Assembly: GCA_903937035.1 (NCBI GenBank)
Contig: CAIZXS010000009.1
Location: 11,141 to 75,140, forward strand
From: an uncultured bacterium
GTDB taxonomy: Bacteria > Patescibacteriota > Minisyncoccia > Moranbacterales > UBA2206
Direction: 5' to 3'
Length of the DNA: 64,000 nt
Part shown: piece by piece, positions 49,208 to 59,340 of the stretch
Position numbering within the stretch: the stretch's first letter is position 1
Layout of the letters: each line of letters opens with the position of its first letter
Made by a program: the position numbers and the translations under genes
The notes under the pieces: generated by a model
Told to the model about the DNA's origin: nothing
Databases searched by the model: none
The model's input: the letters and a program-made list of their open reading frames with translations, nothing else

Positions 49208-49642
49208 ATGAAAAAATGCCCATTTTGTGATCCGGAAATAATTAGCACTCAGTCGATATTTGAAAATGGAAATGTGCGCGTTATTTACAACAGGAGCCCT
49301 GTGAATACGGGGCAATGTATGGTTGTGCCTAAGAGGCATGTCACGAATATTCGCGAATTAAACCAGGAGGAGTTAATTGATCTTATTACTACTGTGCAGT
49401 TAGTTTCTCGGAGATATCAAGAAACTATGAAATTGGAAGGTTTTAATTATGGATTTAATGAAGGCCATTATTCAGGACAAAGAGTTGATCATTTTCATTT
49501 TCATATAATGCCACGAGTTGAGGGTGACAAAGAAAAACTTTCAGATTATCATCTTTTCCACAGAAAACCTGAAACAAAAATAACCCTATCTCCCGATGAG
49601 ATGAGGCCTGCTGTGGATGAGATGAAAAATTTGTTTTTGTAG
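49208..49642 (+). CDS. HIT family hydrolase
   Basis: CPFC N-terminus; GQRVDHFHFHIMPR triad. Confidence 0.92.
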   Translation: MKKCPFCDPEIISTQSIFENGNVRVIYNRSPVNTGQCMVVPKRHVTNIRELNQEELIDLITTVQLVSRRYQETMKLEGFNYGFNEGHYSGQRVDHFHFHIMPRVEGDKEKLSDYHLFHRKPETKITLSPDEMRPAVDEMKNLFL

Positions 49643-49653
49643 TTATTCGAAAA

Positions 49654-49682
49654 AAAGAGCGCTCCAATTGGAGCGCTCTTTT
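49654..49682. terminator. Bidirectional terminator
   Basis: AAAAGAGCGCTCC-AATT-GGAGCGCTCTTTT between convergent genes. Confidence 0.8.
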
Positions 49683-49698
49683 AGTTCTATAAATTCTA

Positions 49699-51024
49699 TT
49701 ATTTCCTCCCAATTCCACTATACTTGATTCCTAGTTTTTTGATTTTGTTTTTGTCGAGGCAATTCATTCCGTCGACGATGGCTTTTACGCCATTTTTCTT
49801 GAATTCTTTTGGATCTAGCGCGGCGAATTCGCTGTGGTTGGTGACGAGGATAATCGCTGTGCATTTTTTGAGAAATGTCGTGAGGTTGGGCACATCGGAC
49901 ATGGAGCTAATGAAGGGGTCATAACGGATGATTTTGGCTTTCTTTTTTTTGAGTTCCAAGATTATTTTGATGGCAGGGGATTCGCGGAGATCATCTACAT
50001 CAGCCTTATAGGAAAGTCCCATTACGCCAATAGCCGTATCTTTCATTGGCAATTTAATGTCATTTAAGAGATCTTGCATGGATTCGACAGTATAGGCTGG
50101 CATTGAGTTGTTGATTTCTCGAGCTACGCGCAGAAACTTGTGATCAAAGCCGGAGGCTTTGGCTTTTTCGATTAAGTAATAGGGATCAACAGGGATGCAA
50201 TGTCCACCAACGCCACGGCCTGGATAATGTGCCATAAAGGCAAAGGGTTTGGTGGCGGCGCCATCGATGACGTTTTTGACGTCGATTTCTAGCTTATCGA
50301 AACTCTTGGCCAGTTCGTTCACAAAAGCGATGTTGATATCGCGGAAAGAGTTTTCTACTACCTTGCAAGCCTCTGCTTCCTTGATCGAGCCCATCAGTTT
50401 GATCGGAGCGTCAATGATAGTTTCATAGAAGTTTTTAGCGATTGCGAGACCCGCAGGAGATGATGCGCCAAGGACACGCGGGATGTTGGTGACATTCCAT
50501 TTTTTGTCTCCCGGATTGATACGTTCTGGGCAGTGGCCAAGAAAAAAATCTTTACCTTCCTTGAGTCCAGCCTGAGTGAGAATTGGAGCGATGACATCAT
50601 CACAGATTCCAGGGTTGATGGTTGACTCAATCATAATGAGTTGTCCGATCTTGTGATTTTTGACAATCATTTCGGTGGCGGAGGTGAGGGGAGTGAGAAT
50701 CGGAAAAAATTTCTCATCAACGGGTGTTGGCACACAAACCACAACGATATCAGCTTTTTTGAGGATAGCTGGGTCAGTCGTCGCAGTTATTTTTTTCAGG
50801 AGATGTTTTCTTTCTTCGATGAATTCTTCCTTGAAAGGACTTTGACCTTTTTTAATCAAATCAACTTTCTTTTTGTCGAGGTCGAGTCCAAACGTCTCAT
50901 AGTCTTTTTCCGCACAACGCATCGCCAGAGGTAATCCGACATAGCCTAGACCAATAATTACTACAGATTCAAGCTTTTTTTTATCCGCCGGAGCCTGGGC
51001 GAAGGTGGACTTTTCATTTGCCAT
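49699..51024 (-). CDS. Nucleotide-sugar dehydrogenase (UDP-HexNAc 6-dehydrogenase, WbpA/WecC family)
   Basis: GLGYVG, CVPTP, PERINPG, VGGHCIPVDP, DLRESP. Confidence 0.93.
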   Translation of the reverse strand: MANEKSTFAQAPADKKKLESVVIIGLGYVGLPLAMRCAEKDYETFGLDLDKKKVDLIKKGQSPFKEEFIEERKHLLKKITATTDPAILKKADIVVVCVPTPVDEKFFPILTPLTSATEMIVKNHKIGQLIMIESTINPGICDDVIAPILTQAGLKEGKDFFLGHCPERINPGDKKWNVTNIPRVLGASSPAGLAIAKNFYETIIDAPIKLMGSIKEAEACKVVENSFRDINIAFVNELAKSFDKLEIDVKNVIDGAATKPFAFMAHYPGRGVGGHCIPVDPYYLIEKAKASGFDHKFLRVAREINNSMPAYTVESMQDLLNDIKLPMKDTAIGVMGLSYKADVDDLRESPAIKIILELKKKKAKIIRYDPFISSMSDVPNLTTFLKKCTAIILVTNHSEFAALDPKEFKKNGVKAIVDGMNCLDKNKIKKLGIKYSGIGRK

Positions 51025-51308
51025 AGTTTTTTGTTGTTATTAGTTAATTTCAGACCTTCTAAATAATAGCGAAAAAGTGGATTTTTTGCAAAGGCGTTGC
51101 TAGTGAGGCTATTTTGTGCTAAATTGAAATCGCTAGGGACTGGCTGATGGGTGGGGCGATAGACGTTTAATGTGAATATATGTTTGTCCCAGAAGATTTT
51201 CCAAATACGTTCTTGGCTATATGAGGCTGTATTGCACTTAGGCCAAAAACTATTGTATAATTTATGCGCAGGCTTGAACCCTGCGCTTAACCTTTAAATC
51301 ACAAAATA

Positions 51309-52790
51309 ATGAATGTACGGCCAAAAATTCATCTGGATTCTTTTGAGGAATATCGCATCTCAGTTCTTCGTCGTATCGAATGGATGTTGCAGAATCACTA
51401 TAAGGATTTGAAAAAAATTACGATGAAGGATATTAAGAAGGACGAAGGAGAAATTAATTGCTATGAAAATTTCAATCAACTAGAGTCTATCGATCCCAAT
51501 AAGATTATAATCTTGGATGATGATAAAATTAGTTCAACCCCAGCAGAAAAAGCCATCTTGGCTGGGAAATTTTTATGGGAACATACGGCAGCTGGGGAGG
51601 CGACGCGTTTGGGCTTGGGAACGAAGTATATCTTGAACTTAAGTCAGTTCACTCTTGAAGACGTTGTTTTTCACATAAAGCGTGAGGCCTTATCAGAATT
51701 AGAAAAAAGAGGCACCAAGGGTGCGGAATTGTCCAAGGAAAAGAAAAGAATGAATAGAGAAGTGACTAATGAAAAAGTATTGGCAGTTTGCGAAGGTGAT
51801 CCAAGAAAGTTAATGAATATATCTCTGGGTAATCGCCATATGCTTCAGATGGCTTTTGATGTTTTTAAGATTGCCAAAAAAAATCACAAGGATCCTAAGG
51901 CTGTTTTGGCGAAGCAAACAGCACTTATTGTTCTCAATGAACAGACGGCCGAAGAGATCTTAGAGGAATTTAAGCAATTTAATTTCTTCTGCTTGAATCC
52001 TAAGAAAACCTTTTTCATGATTCAACGCAGTTTCCATGGAATTTACATCAAAGAAGGAGATTTGTTTTATGATCCAACAACCGAGAAGAACAAGAGATTG
52101 CATAACCATGGTCAAATGATGATGCAAAAAGCGCATGATAATGTGATTTTTCGCGTTGATCCAAAAAATACTAGTAAAAGGGAATATATTACTAATAAAG
52201 AATTTGAAAAAATTCTTACTGCCCATGATGATTTATTGTCCTATAATGTGGAAGATTTGGGATTTTTGACTGGTTCAGTTGACTTTCCGAGTCTAACTTT
52301 GGCACTTGAGTTAGGAAAGAAGGGCTATAATATGATTATGGAAATCGTGGCGCAAAATCCAGTGAAGCCGCAAAAAGGGGGAGCATGTTGCTTTGATAAG
52401 AAACTGAAGCGAGTAGTTATGATTGAAAGTAACCAACTCAAGGACATAAAGAACGAAGAAATTAAGCACCTCAATAAGAACTTTAATCATTATCCCAATC
52501 CGGTCCAGTCATATCGGGTAATGAAAGAAGAGGGTTTGCCATTGTCATTTGAGGTTAAAAATGCCTACAATCAAAGTGGCGATCGTCAGGAATACATCTA
52601 TGCTAATCCGGTTCAGGGTAATTTGAATTTTTTGGTTAAAACTGCCTATGTGATGCGTAAAAATCTAAAGTCGATTTATAATTGGAAATCGCCAGCTACG
52701 ACGCCGATTGCCGTGAAAGCCATGTTTGAGCAAGACAAACAGGAAGGTTTTGGAGAATTTGTAAAAAAAATCAAAAAAGGGAGATGTTGA
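51309..52790 (+). CDS. Divergent UDP-sugar pyrophosphorylase (UDPGP-family-like)
   Basis: AAGEATRLGLGTK resembles GGxGTRLG..K; HNHGQ resembles PxGHG; YNVEDL and KGG motifs. Confidence 0.6.
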   Translation: MNVRPKIHLDSFEEYRISVLRRIEWMLQNHYKDLKKITMKDIKKDEGEINCYENFNQLESIDPNKIIILDDDKISSTPAEKAILAGKFLWEHTAAGEATRLGLGTKYILNLSQFTLEDVVFHIKREALSELEKRGTKGAELSKEKKRMNREVTNEKVLAVCEGDPRKLMNISLGNRHMLQMAFDVFKIAKKNHKDPKAVLAKQTALIVLNEQTAEEILEEFKQFNFFCLNPKKTFFMIQRSFHGIYIKEGDLFYDPTTEKNKRLHNHGQMMMQKAHDNVIFRVDPKNTSKREYITNKEFEKILTAHDDLLSYNVEDLGFLTGSVDFPSLTLALELGKKGYNMIMEIVAQNPVKPQKGGACCFDKKLKRVVMIESNQLKDIKNEEIKHLNKNFNHYPNPVQSYRVMKEEGLPLSFEVKNAYNQSGDRQEYIYANPVQGNLNFLVKTAYVMRKNLKSIYNWKSPATTPIAVKAMFEQDKQEGFGEFVKKIKKGRC

Positions 52791-52815
52791 TAAATATTTG
52801 AAAAAATGAAAAGTT

Positions 52816-53931
52816 ATGCGCATCGCTATACAAGCAGCAGATTTAGACGCGAGTCGGATTGATGGGACTCGCGTTTATATTCACAACATGCTTAAGTTTT
52901 TTGGCAAACTGGATTCATCAAGTGAGTTTATTCTATATCACAAAAACAAATTCAATCCGGAACTTACTCCGCCTGAATTTAGTAACTATCAGGTTAAACA
53001 AAAAAGCTTTCCACTTTTTTGGACTCAAGCCTGGCTTGCGAATGAATTGCGAAAAGATACGCCGGATGTACTTTGGATGCCGATGCATAATATTCCAGTT
53101 CTGCATTCTCCAAATTTGAAAACTGTGGTAACTGCGCACGACCTGGCTTATAAATATTTTCCGGAGTATTTTCCTAAAAAAGACCTGTTCAAACTTAATC
53201 TTTTGGGGAAGTGGGCTTTTACCAAGGCGGATAAGATTATTGCGATTTCGCAGTCGACCAAACGAGATATCTTGAAATTTTATCCAGGCGTTCCAGAGGA
53301 TAAGATCCGAGTTATTTATCATGGCTTTGATGCTGAAGTTTTTTCTATTGCGCGTGATTTTGAAATTGAACATGAAGTAAAAAAAAGAATGGGTATTTCG
53401 GGCGAATATATCCTTTATGCTGGTGCCATTCAGCCAAGAAAGAACCTGGGCGTTTTAGTTTCAGCTTTTGATGTGTTTAAGAAAAAAACTAAGTCAGAAA
53501 TAAAATTGGTCATCGCCGGCGAAAGGGCTTGGTTGGCTGATGACGTTTTTGAGCAAATCGATAAAAGTCAGTTTAAAAAAGACATCATCACGCCAGGCAG
53601 GCTAACTTTTTCGGACATGGGAACGCTAGTTCGGGGTGCCAATGTCTATGTTTACCCATCACTCTATGAGGGTTTTGGTATCCCTGTTTTGGAAATTTTA
53701 GCTTCTCGAGTGCCTTTGATTTGTGCATTGAATTCTAGCTTGGGCGAAGTAGGCGGGGATGCTCCACTATATTTTCAAGAAAAAAATCCGCATGATTTGG
53801 CGGAAAAAATCGAACTGGTTTTGGGTGATAAAAACTTAAGAGACGAGATGATAAGAAGGGGCTCTGAACAAGTAAAGAAGTTTTCTTGGGAGAAATGCGC
53901 ACGGGAGACTTTAGAATATTTGAAAAGTTGA
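52816..53931 (+). CDS. Glycosyltransferase family 4
   Basis: TAHDL, QPRKNL, YPSLYEGFGIPVLE, FSWEKCA. Confidence 0.93.
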   Translation: MRIAIQAADLDASRIDGTRVYIHNMLKFFGKLDSSSEFILYHKNKFNPELTPPEFSNYQVKQKSFPLFWTQAWLANELRKDTPDVLWMPMHNIPVLHSPNLKTVVTAHDLAYKYFPEYFPKKDLFKLNLLGKWAFTKADKIIAISQSTKRDILKFYPGVPEDKIRVIYHGFDAEVFSIARDFEIEHEVKKRMGISGEYILYAGAIQPRKNLGVLVSAFDVFKKKTKSEIKLVIAGERAWLADDVFEQIDKSQFKKDIITPGRLTFSDMGTLVRGANVYVYPSLYEGFGIPVLEILASRVPLICALNSSLGEVGGDAPLYFQEKNPHDLAEKIELVLGDKNLRDEMIRRGSEQVKKFSWEKCARETLEYLKS

Positions 53932-53934
53932 AAT

Positions 53935-54303
53935 TTATTCTTCGTGAAATAGAATCTGATAGCTGAGATATCCGATTCCAAGGCAAGCTAAAAGAAAAAA
54001 TAAGTTTAAAAAAACATTCATTTCTAGCTGGCTATTGAAGATGAGTAAGACGCCAAGTAATATAAATGAAATGATGATTTTTTTCGACTCTTTCTTTTGA
54101 GGAGCAGTGTTGACGCTGACTTTTTCAGGCGTGATTTTTTTGGCGAAAATTCTTAGCAAAAGAACATTGAGAAGAATCGTGATGATGATTTTAGAAAAGC
54201 CAATATGAGAAATGATGATTCCCGGGAGGACTGCTTCGGCGATAAGTGTCAGTATGAAAAAAACAAGCACCATAAAAAGGCTGTCATGTAGTAGTTTATA
54301 CAT
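53935..54303 (-). CDS. Small membrane protein
   Basis: Four hydrophobic segments; start set at MYKLL (54303) to avoid overlap with the upstream gene. Confidence 0.65.
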   Translation of the reverse strand: MYKLLHDSLFMVLVFFILTLIAEAVLPGIIISHIGFSKIIITILLNVLLLRIFAKKITPEKVSVNTAPQKKESKKIIISFILLGVLLIFNSQLEMNVFLNLFFLLACLGIGYLSYQILFHEE

Positions 54304-54397
54304 TATAATAATCGTTTCTTTCTCTATTAGCTTTGGATAGATTCTATTATTCAGTTTGGCGAATAGGTTTGGAATTTGCATAGTTTTTGAAAAAAAA

Positions 54398-55744
54398 TTA
54401 TTGCACTGTCGTTTGAATGCCATAGCGCGCTTTTATTTTCAGGATCATATTGCGCAGGGCCAATTTGAGGTTTTGAATTGTCATATTTTTTTCATAGAGT
54501 AAGTTGAGGTTGTCGATTTTTAGATCATCTTTTGTCGTGAATGTGAATTCATAATATTTTCCTGCTGAGTCTTCCGTATCATTAAGGGGGAGAAGGCAAG
54601 AATAATTTCCAAAAAAATCTTTTTTCAAGTCGCATCCACCCAAGACCTCAAGACTCTTAGCTGAAACGGTAATTGGCTTTTTTTTCAACCACGAACTCGC
54701 GATTTTTTTTGATGGTAATTCATGTTTTCGGAGGTTTTCAATCCTATACCATTCGCCTGAGTCGGGTGTGAAGAAGATTGTTCCGTCGGGGTGGACACTG
54801 GTAAGCGTGAATAGCTTCTCCTTTGTATAAAGGGAGAATTCATCGCCGCCGACTGTGATAATGTCGCTCCAATTGTAGCCTTGATTAATGAAAATTTCTG
54901 GGTCGCCGATCGGATAGATTCTATTGGTACTGACAATATAGGCAGATGTTCCGTAGGTCACTATCGACCCATCGGCAAATCCAACCGGATTTTCTGCAAG
55001 AACGTAATTACTAAGAAAATCAACATTTTTGGAAATAGCTATATTTTCATCGTATATGCTATGAAACGCACTACTGCTGATAAATTTTTTTAATGTTCCT
55101 TGCGAGTTTAATATGTAGTATTCTTCGTTAATTTTAAAGATAGAATCGGCGGGGTAATTTTTTGTGTCAGAGATTTCCTCGCCAGGAGAATTGTATTTTA
55201 ATTCGTCGTCACTCTCAACGGAGAGAAAAGCTGTTTGGGGAAAATTTAGTGCCGCAACAGTTGCAAGGCTATTGAATTTTCTTAATTTGCCATCGGAAAT
55301 GAGATAGTAATCACTCTTGTTTTTTATGAGTGTTCCATCTCTGAAGCCGATTGGATTGCCTTCTGGGTAGAGAAATGCGCGGTAGGACTTGCGAAGAGCG
55401 ATATGAGAATCATCTGGCTTTTTCGATTGTCTATTTGGCGTGAAGCTGAGTTTTATTTTGGAAAAACTGCCAACGAGAGAGGCGTCAAAATAGCTCTTCT
55501 GTTTGGCCTGAAATTTTCCATCAGTGATCAGTGTCCCGTCGTTGGTTCTGGGATTTAGCGCATTTCCCTTATTTGAGGTGAGCATCAAAAAGGAAAAATT
55601 GAATTCTTGCGTGGGGAAGAATATGAAATAGGCGACATAGAGCGATGCGCAAAAACAAAAAAAATAGAAAAGTGCTTGCAAACGTCTATAACGTGAGTAA
55701 CTATTTTTTTCTAGCTTGATTTCTTTTGTTAGGTCAAAAAACAT
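54398..55744 (-). CDS. Membrane-anchored protein with four repeated beta-rich modules
   Basis: Repeated DG(T/S)(L/I)I...YY.I...K.F.S modules. Confidence 0.7.
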   Translation of the reverse strand: MFFDLTKEIKLEKNSYSRYRRLQALFYFFCFCASLYVAYFIFFPTQEFNFSFLMLTSNKGNALNPRTNDGTLITDGKFQAKQKSYFDASLVGSFSKIKLSFTPNRQSKKPDDSHIALRKSYRAFLYPEGNPIGFRDGTLIKNKSDYYLISDGKLRKFNSLATVAALNFPQTAFLSVESDDELKYNSPGEEISDTKNYPADSIFKINEEYYILNSQGTLKKFISSSAFHSIYDENIAISKNVDFLSNYVLAENPVGFADGSIVTYGTSAYIVSTNRIYPIGDPEIFINQGYNWSDIITVGGDEFSLYTKEKLFTLTSVHPDGTIFFTPDSGEWYRIENLRKHELPSKKIASSWLKKKPITVSAKSLEVLGGCDLKKDFFGNYSCLLPLNDTEDSAGKYYEFTFTTKDDLKIDNLNLLYEKNMTIQNLKLALRNMILKIKARYGIQTTVQ

Positions 55745-55754
55745 AGCTTCAGGG

Positions 55755-57512
55755 TTAGCGTTTTAATAAATAGATATTACCTTTAGTTAGAGTTTGAGAT
55801 TCAAATGGGAGGCTTCGAGATAGGACACTGTCTTGGGATAAATCAGGGACAACGAGATATTTTCTTTCGATTTGATACTCTTTTTGTAAAATTAATTTTT
55901 CTAGCAGGCCAAATTTTTCATATAGCGTCAAGCTTTCGTCAGGGATGATTAGATAAACGTTAGTAAACTTCTTGGTATTAATTTTATCTAAATCGGATGG
56001 GTTAAAGAAATAGGCTGTCTGTTTTCCATAAAGAAAATTCATTGGAGCGCTAATCATCGACCAGCCGTCACCTGAAGCTAGTTGATCGATAAGCACTAAA
56101 TCTGTGTCGGAGAAGTTTTCACTGAGCGATTTTGTTTGTGCTAATAGTTGTTTGTTTTCAGAGAAGTTCATGAGTGACAAGGAAAAGATCAAGCTGGTAG
56201 CGACAAATAAGGCAGAAAGAGTGAGGAAATAAATTTTTTTTGCAAAAAGCTGATTGATTAGCAGCGCTGTGTAGAAAATTCCCATCGGAATGATAGCGAA
56301 AGAAAAGCGACGTAGCATCCAAGGATGATCTGGGGAAATTCCCGGGTGGACAATATAGATGAGAAGGGGGATTGTTAGGATGAATGGAACGAGGATGGAA
56401 TAATTTTTTTTTCGAAGAAAATAAAGCAGTCCCAGCACTTCAATAATAAGAAATATTAAAATGCCGTAATAATTGAAAATTTTGCCCAGATAGATTAGTG
56501 TGGGGATCGTGCCAAGGCTAGCACTTTCGAAAGAAAAAGAATGCACTAGCCCCTTTAGGGAGGAAAGGTAAAATTGACTATTGATTTTGAGTGTAGCGAG
56601 ATAGCTGAGCAGAAAAATTCCCAGGAGCCAAAATATTTTTTGCTTTTCAACTTTTGAAAAAATAGTCTTTTCTTTCCTTTGCAGGGCAAAGAGTGTTGCG
56701 CCCAACATAAAAAGAAGTGTCCAGGCTTCGAGTCTGGTGAATGCGAGAAGAAGGAATGTCGAGAGGGCAGTAAGAAGGAAGAATTGATCTCGATATTTCA
56801 AGAAGAGGGAGGTTTCCAGTAGAGCGAACCAGACAAAGCCGAGTGCTAAATTTTCGCCTAAGGTGAGTTTTAGAAACCAAGAAAAAGTAAATGTGCTAAG
56901 CGTGAGAAGCAACCCAAACCAGGCGGTTCTTTGATTTGAGTGAATTTTGACCAGGGCGAAAAAAGAAAGTAGAAAAATAAAAAATAAGATGCCATTTGCG
57001 ATTGAATATCCCAATAGCCCAAAAAGACTATAAAAAACAGCCAGCCATGCGGTATAGCCTAGTGAAAAATGAGTAACTAATTTTCCGTCCTGGGTGTAGT
57101 TAAAACCCGGGTAATTGAGTGCAGTGCCTGGGCCATAAATTCCAAAAAACTCACGGGAAGAAGTTGTCTCAAATGGCAACTTATGGTTTTGGGACAATCT
57201 TGCGGCGGCTTCACTAAAAGATCCTTGATCGCGTCCGGAAAAAACAGACGGTTCAGCGTGGAATGAGAAGTATACGATTACCAGAATAGAAATAAGGGAA
57301 AGGATTATGAATTGGAGGTTATTTAGCACTTTTCGGTTATGAAAAAAAAGAACTATTAATGCGAGTAGCCCGAGCAGGAGGAAAATAGCTAGAATCGGCC
57401 AATAGAAAATTCCAAGCAGTGTTAAAATAATTGCCAAAAATTCCAACCCTAAAAGAAAGATTCCAAGGGCGGAAAATAGCTTATATCCATTGAGATTACG
57501 CGGTATTTTCAT
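55755..57512 (-). CDS. Polytopic membrane protein, GT-C glycosyltransferase-like
   Basis: RDQG first-loop motif, many TMs, FTRLE, WMLRRF. Confidence 0.65.
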   Translation of the reverse strand: MKIPRNLNGYKLFSALGIFLLGLEFLAIILTLLGIFYWPILAIFLLLGLLALIVLFFHNRKVLNNLQFIILSLISILVIVYFSFHAEPSVFSGRDQGSFSEAAARLSQNHKLPFETTSSREFFGIYGPGTALNYPGFNYTQDGKLVTHFSLGYTAWLAVFYSLFGLLGYSIANGILFFIFLLSFFALVKIHSNQRTAWFGLLLTLSTFTFSWFLKLTLGENLALGFVWFALLETSLFLKYRDQFFLLTALSTFLLLAFTRLEAWTLLFMLGATLFALQRKEKTIFSKVEKQKIFWLLGIFLLSYLATLKINSQFYLSSLKGLVHSFSFESASLGTIPTLIYLGKIFNYYGILIFLIIEVLGLLYFLRKKNYSILVPFILTIPLLIYIVHPGISPDHPWMLRRFSFAIIPMGIFYTALLINQLFAKKIYFLTLSALFVATSLIFSLSLMNFSENKQLLAQTKSLSENFSDTDLVLIDQLASGDGWSMISAPMNFLYGKQTAYFFNPSDLDKINTKKFTNVYLIIPDESLTLYEKFGLLEKLILQKEYQIERKYLVVPDLSQDSVLSRSLPFESQTLTKGNIYLLKR

Positions 57513-57650
57513 TAATCTAATTATATATTCAAAAAGTCTTTTTGCCAAACCTGTTCTTTTCGGATAGAATTATAATGTTTTTTAAATCGTAAATTAAGCA
57601 AATATCCTAATTCAGGAGTTTTTGCAGAAAATGAAACAAAAAATCACCTT

Positions 57651-59111
57651 ATGACAAAAATAAATTTCGAAAGAGGAAGTTCAAATGGATCCAAGGTTAA
57701 GTTTTATCTAGCATTAAAAAAGTTCTTTAAGAAAAAAAATATTATTCGACTGACTCTTCTCACAGTCTTTGTTTTAGTTTGCGTTTTTTTGTTTTCCCTT
57801 GCAAAAAGTAATAAGCAGATAATCGGAGTGAAAACCTTATCTGCATTGAACAAGTTTTCCAATCTGTTACCAATTACCAAGGATGAACAAAAAGAACTTT
57901 CCGTGCTCAATGCACTTGTGGAGAATTTTACTCAAAAAGATGGAGAAATCAAAACGTTTATGTTGCTTTTGCAAAATAATATGGAACTTCGTCCAGGGGG
58001 TGGATTTTTGGGTCAGTACGCGATCATTAAGATAAAAGACGGCGAGGTGCTTTCATCATATTTTGAAGATGCTAATCTATTGGATCAAAGAATCAAAGCT
58101 AAGGTGCCAACGCCCTATCCATTTGAGCGGATGATGCAACTCAAAAATTGGAAATTTCGTGATTCCAATTTTTCCCCAGACTTTCCTATTAATGTTGAAA
58201 AAGCGAAATATTTTTACCGCTTGAGTGGCAAAGGTAGCACTGCGTTTGATGGCGTAATTGCGATTAATGCCCAGGTCCTAAACGACATTTTGAAATTAAC
58301 CGGACCGATCACTGTTCCTGGCTATGCGACTGAGTTCAATTCAGATAACGCTTTTCTCAAGCTGGAAGAGGTTGTGGAAAAACAATATATCATGAATCCA
58401 GAAATTGATACGCAAAACAGAAAAGCGATTATGAAAAAAATGTTGCCAATTGTTATTGATAAGCTTTTTACTCTTGGTAATATTTCCAAGTTGACGGAAT
58501 TGGCTCACCAGGAGTTTCGTTCCAAAAATGTGATGGTCAATTTTTCCGATGAGAAATTGCAAGCACTGGCTGCTGGTGTGGCTTGGACGGGTGAGATGAA
58601 TCAGAATTGGGATGGCGACTATTTGATGATGGTGGACGCCAATATGGGGGCTCTAAAAACGGACTATTACATGAAACGGGAAATTAACTATGATATTGAC
58701 TTGACCGGAGAAAAGCCAGTCGTGAATCTGGGAATCCTCTATAAAAATACAGCGCCCTATGGTGATTGGCGTACCAGCGACTATCACACCTATATGCGAC
58801 TCTATTTGCCCAAAGGCGCGACGCTTTTGGAGCGGGTAATGATGAATAATATCAGCGCGGGAGAAGATTTTGGCAAGAGCTGGATCGGTTTTATGGGGCA
58901 CGTGCTGATTGGCGGGCAGACGGATGTGAAAATTAAATATGAGTTGCCGGCTGAATTTCCACGTGATAATTACAAACTACTCATTCAAAAGCAATCTGGT
59001 GTGTCGGATATTCCGGTTAAGGTCCATGTAAAAACAAAAGACGGTGAATTCAATCAAGAGCAAATAATGAATAGTGATTTACATTTTGAAGTTAAAGAAA
59101 ATACTAATTGA
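57651..59111 (+). CDS. DUF4012 domain protein
   Basis: QNNMELRPGGGFLG, RDSNFSPDFP, DANMGALKTD. Confidence 0.85.
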   Translation: MTKINFERGSSNGSKVKFYLALKKFFKKKNIIRLTLLTVFVLVCVFLFSLAKSNKQIIGVKTLSALNKFSNLLPITKDEQKELSVLNALVENFTQKDGEIKTFMLLLQNNMELRPGGGFLGQYAIIKIKDGEVLSSYFEDANLLDQRIKAKVPTPYPFERMMQLKNWKFRDSNFSPDFPINVEKAKYFYRLSGKGSTAFDGVIAINAQVLNDILKLTGPITVPGYATEFNSDNAFLKLEEVVEKQYIMNPEIDTQNRKAIMKKMLPIVIDKLFTLGNISKLTELAHQEFRSKNVMVNFSDEKLQALAAGVAWTGEMNQNWDGDYLMMVDANMGALKTDYYMKREINYDIDLTGEKPVVNLGILYKNTAPYGDWRTSDYHTYMRLYLPKGATLLERVMMNNISAGEDFGKSWIGFMGHVLIGGQTDVKIKYELPAEFPRDNYKLLIQKQSGVSDIPVKVHVKTKDGEFNQEQIMNSDLHFEVKENTN

Positions 59112-59159
59112 TTTTTTGAGTTATCATGACTTCGTGTTCGTTTAAAGGCAACCAAGCTT

Positions 59160-59300
59160 TGTCATCCTGAGCGAAGCGGAGCGAAGTCGAAGGATCTATT
59201 TTCCATTATCGTAAGCATTATTGTTAATTAGAAAACTATGAGTTACGGCTAGTAGATCCTTCGACTGCGTCCTGAGTACAGGACTTCGCTCAGGATGACA
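59160..59300. repeat. REP doublet (REPIN-like), family B
   Basis: Same termini and a homologous spacer to 18301-18439. Confidence 0.9.
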
Positions 59301-59340
59301 AATTTAATTCGAACGTGTAAATTCTAAGTTGTAATAAATA

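Noticed and set aside
51132-51290. Known riboswitch upstream of the pyrophosphorylase-like gene
   Set aside because: Some stems exist but nothing matches glmS, fluoride or other consensus I know, and a closer promoter (TTGCAC-18-TATAAT) would exclude most of it
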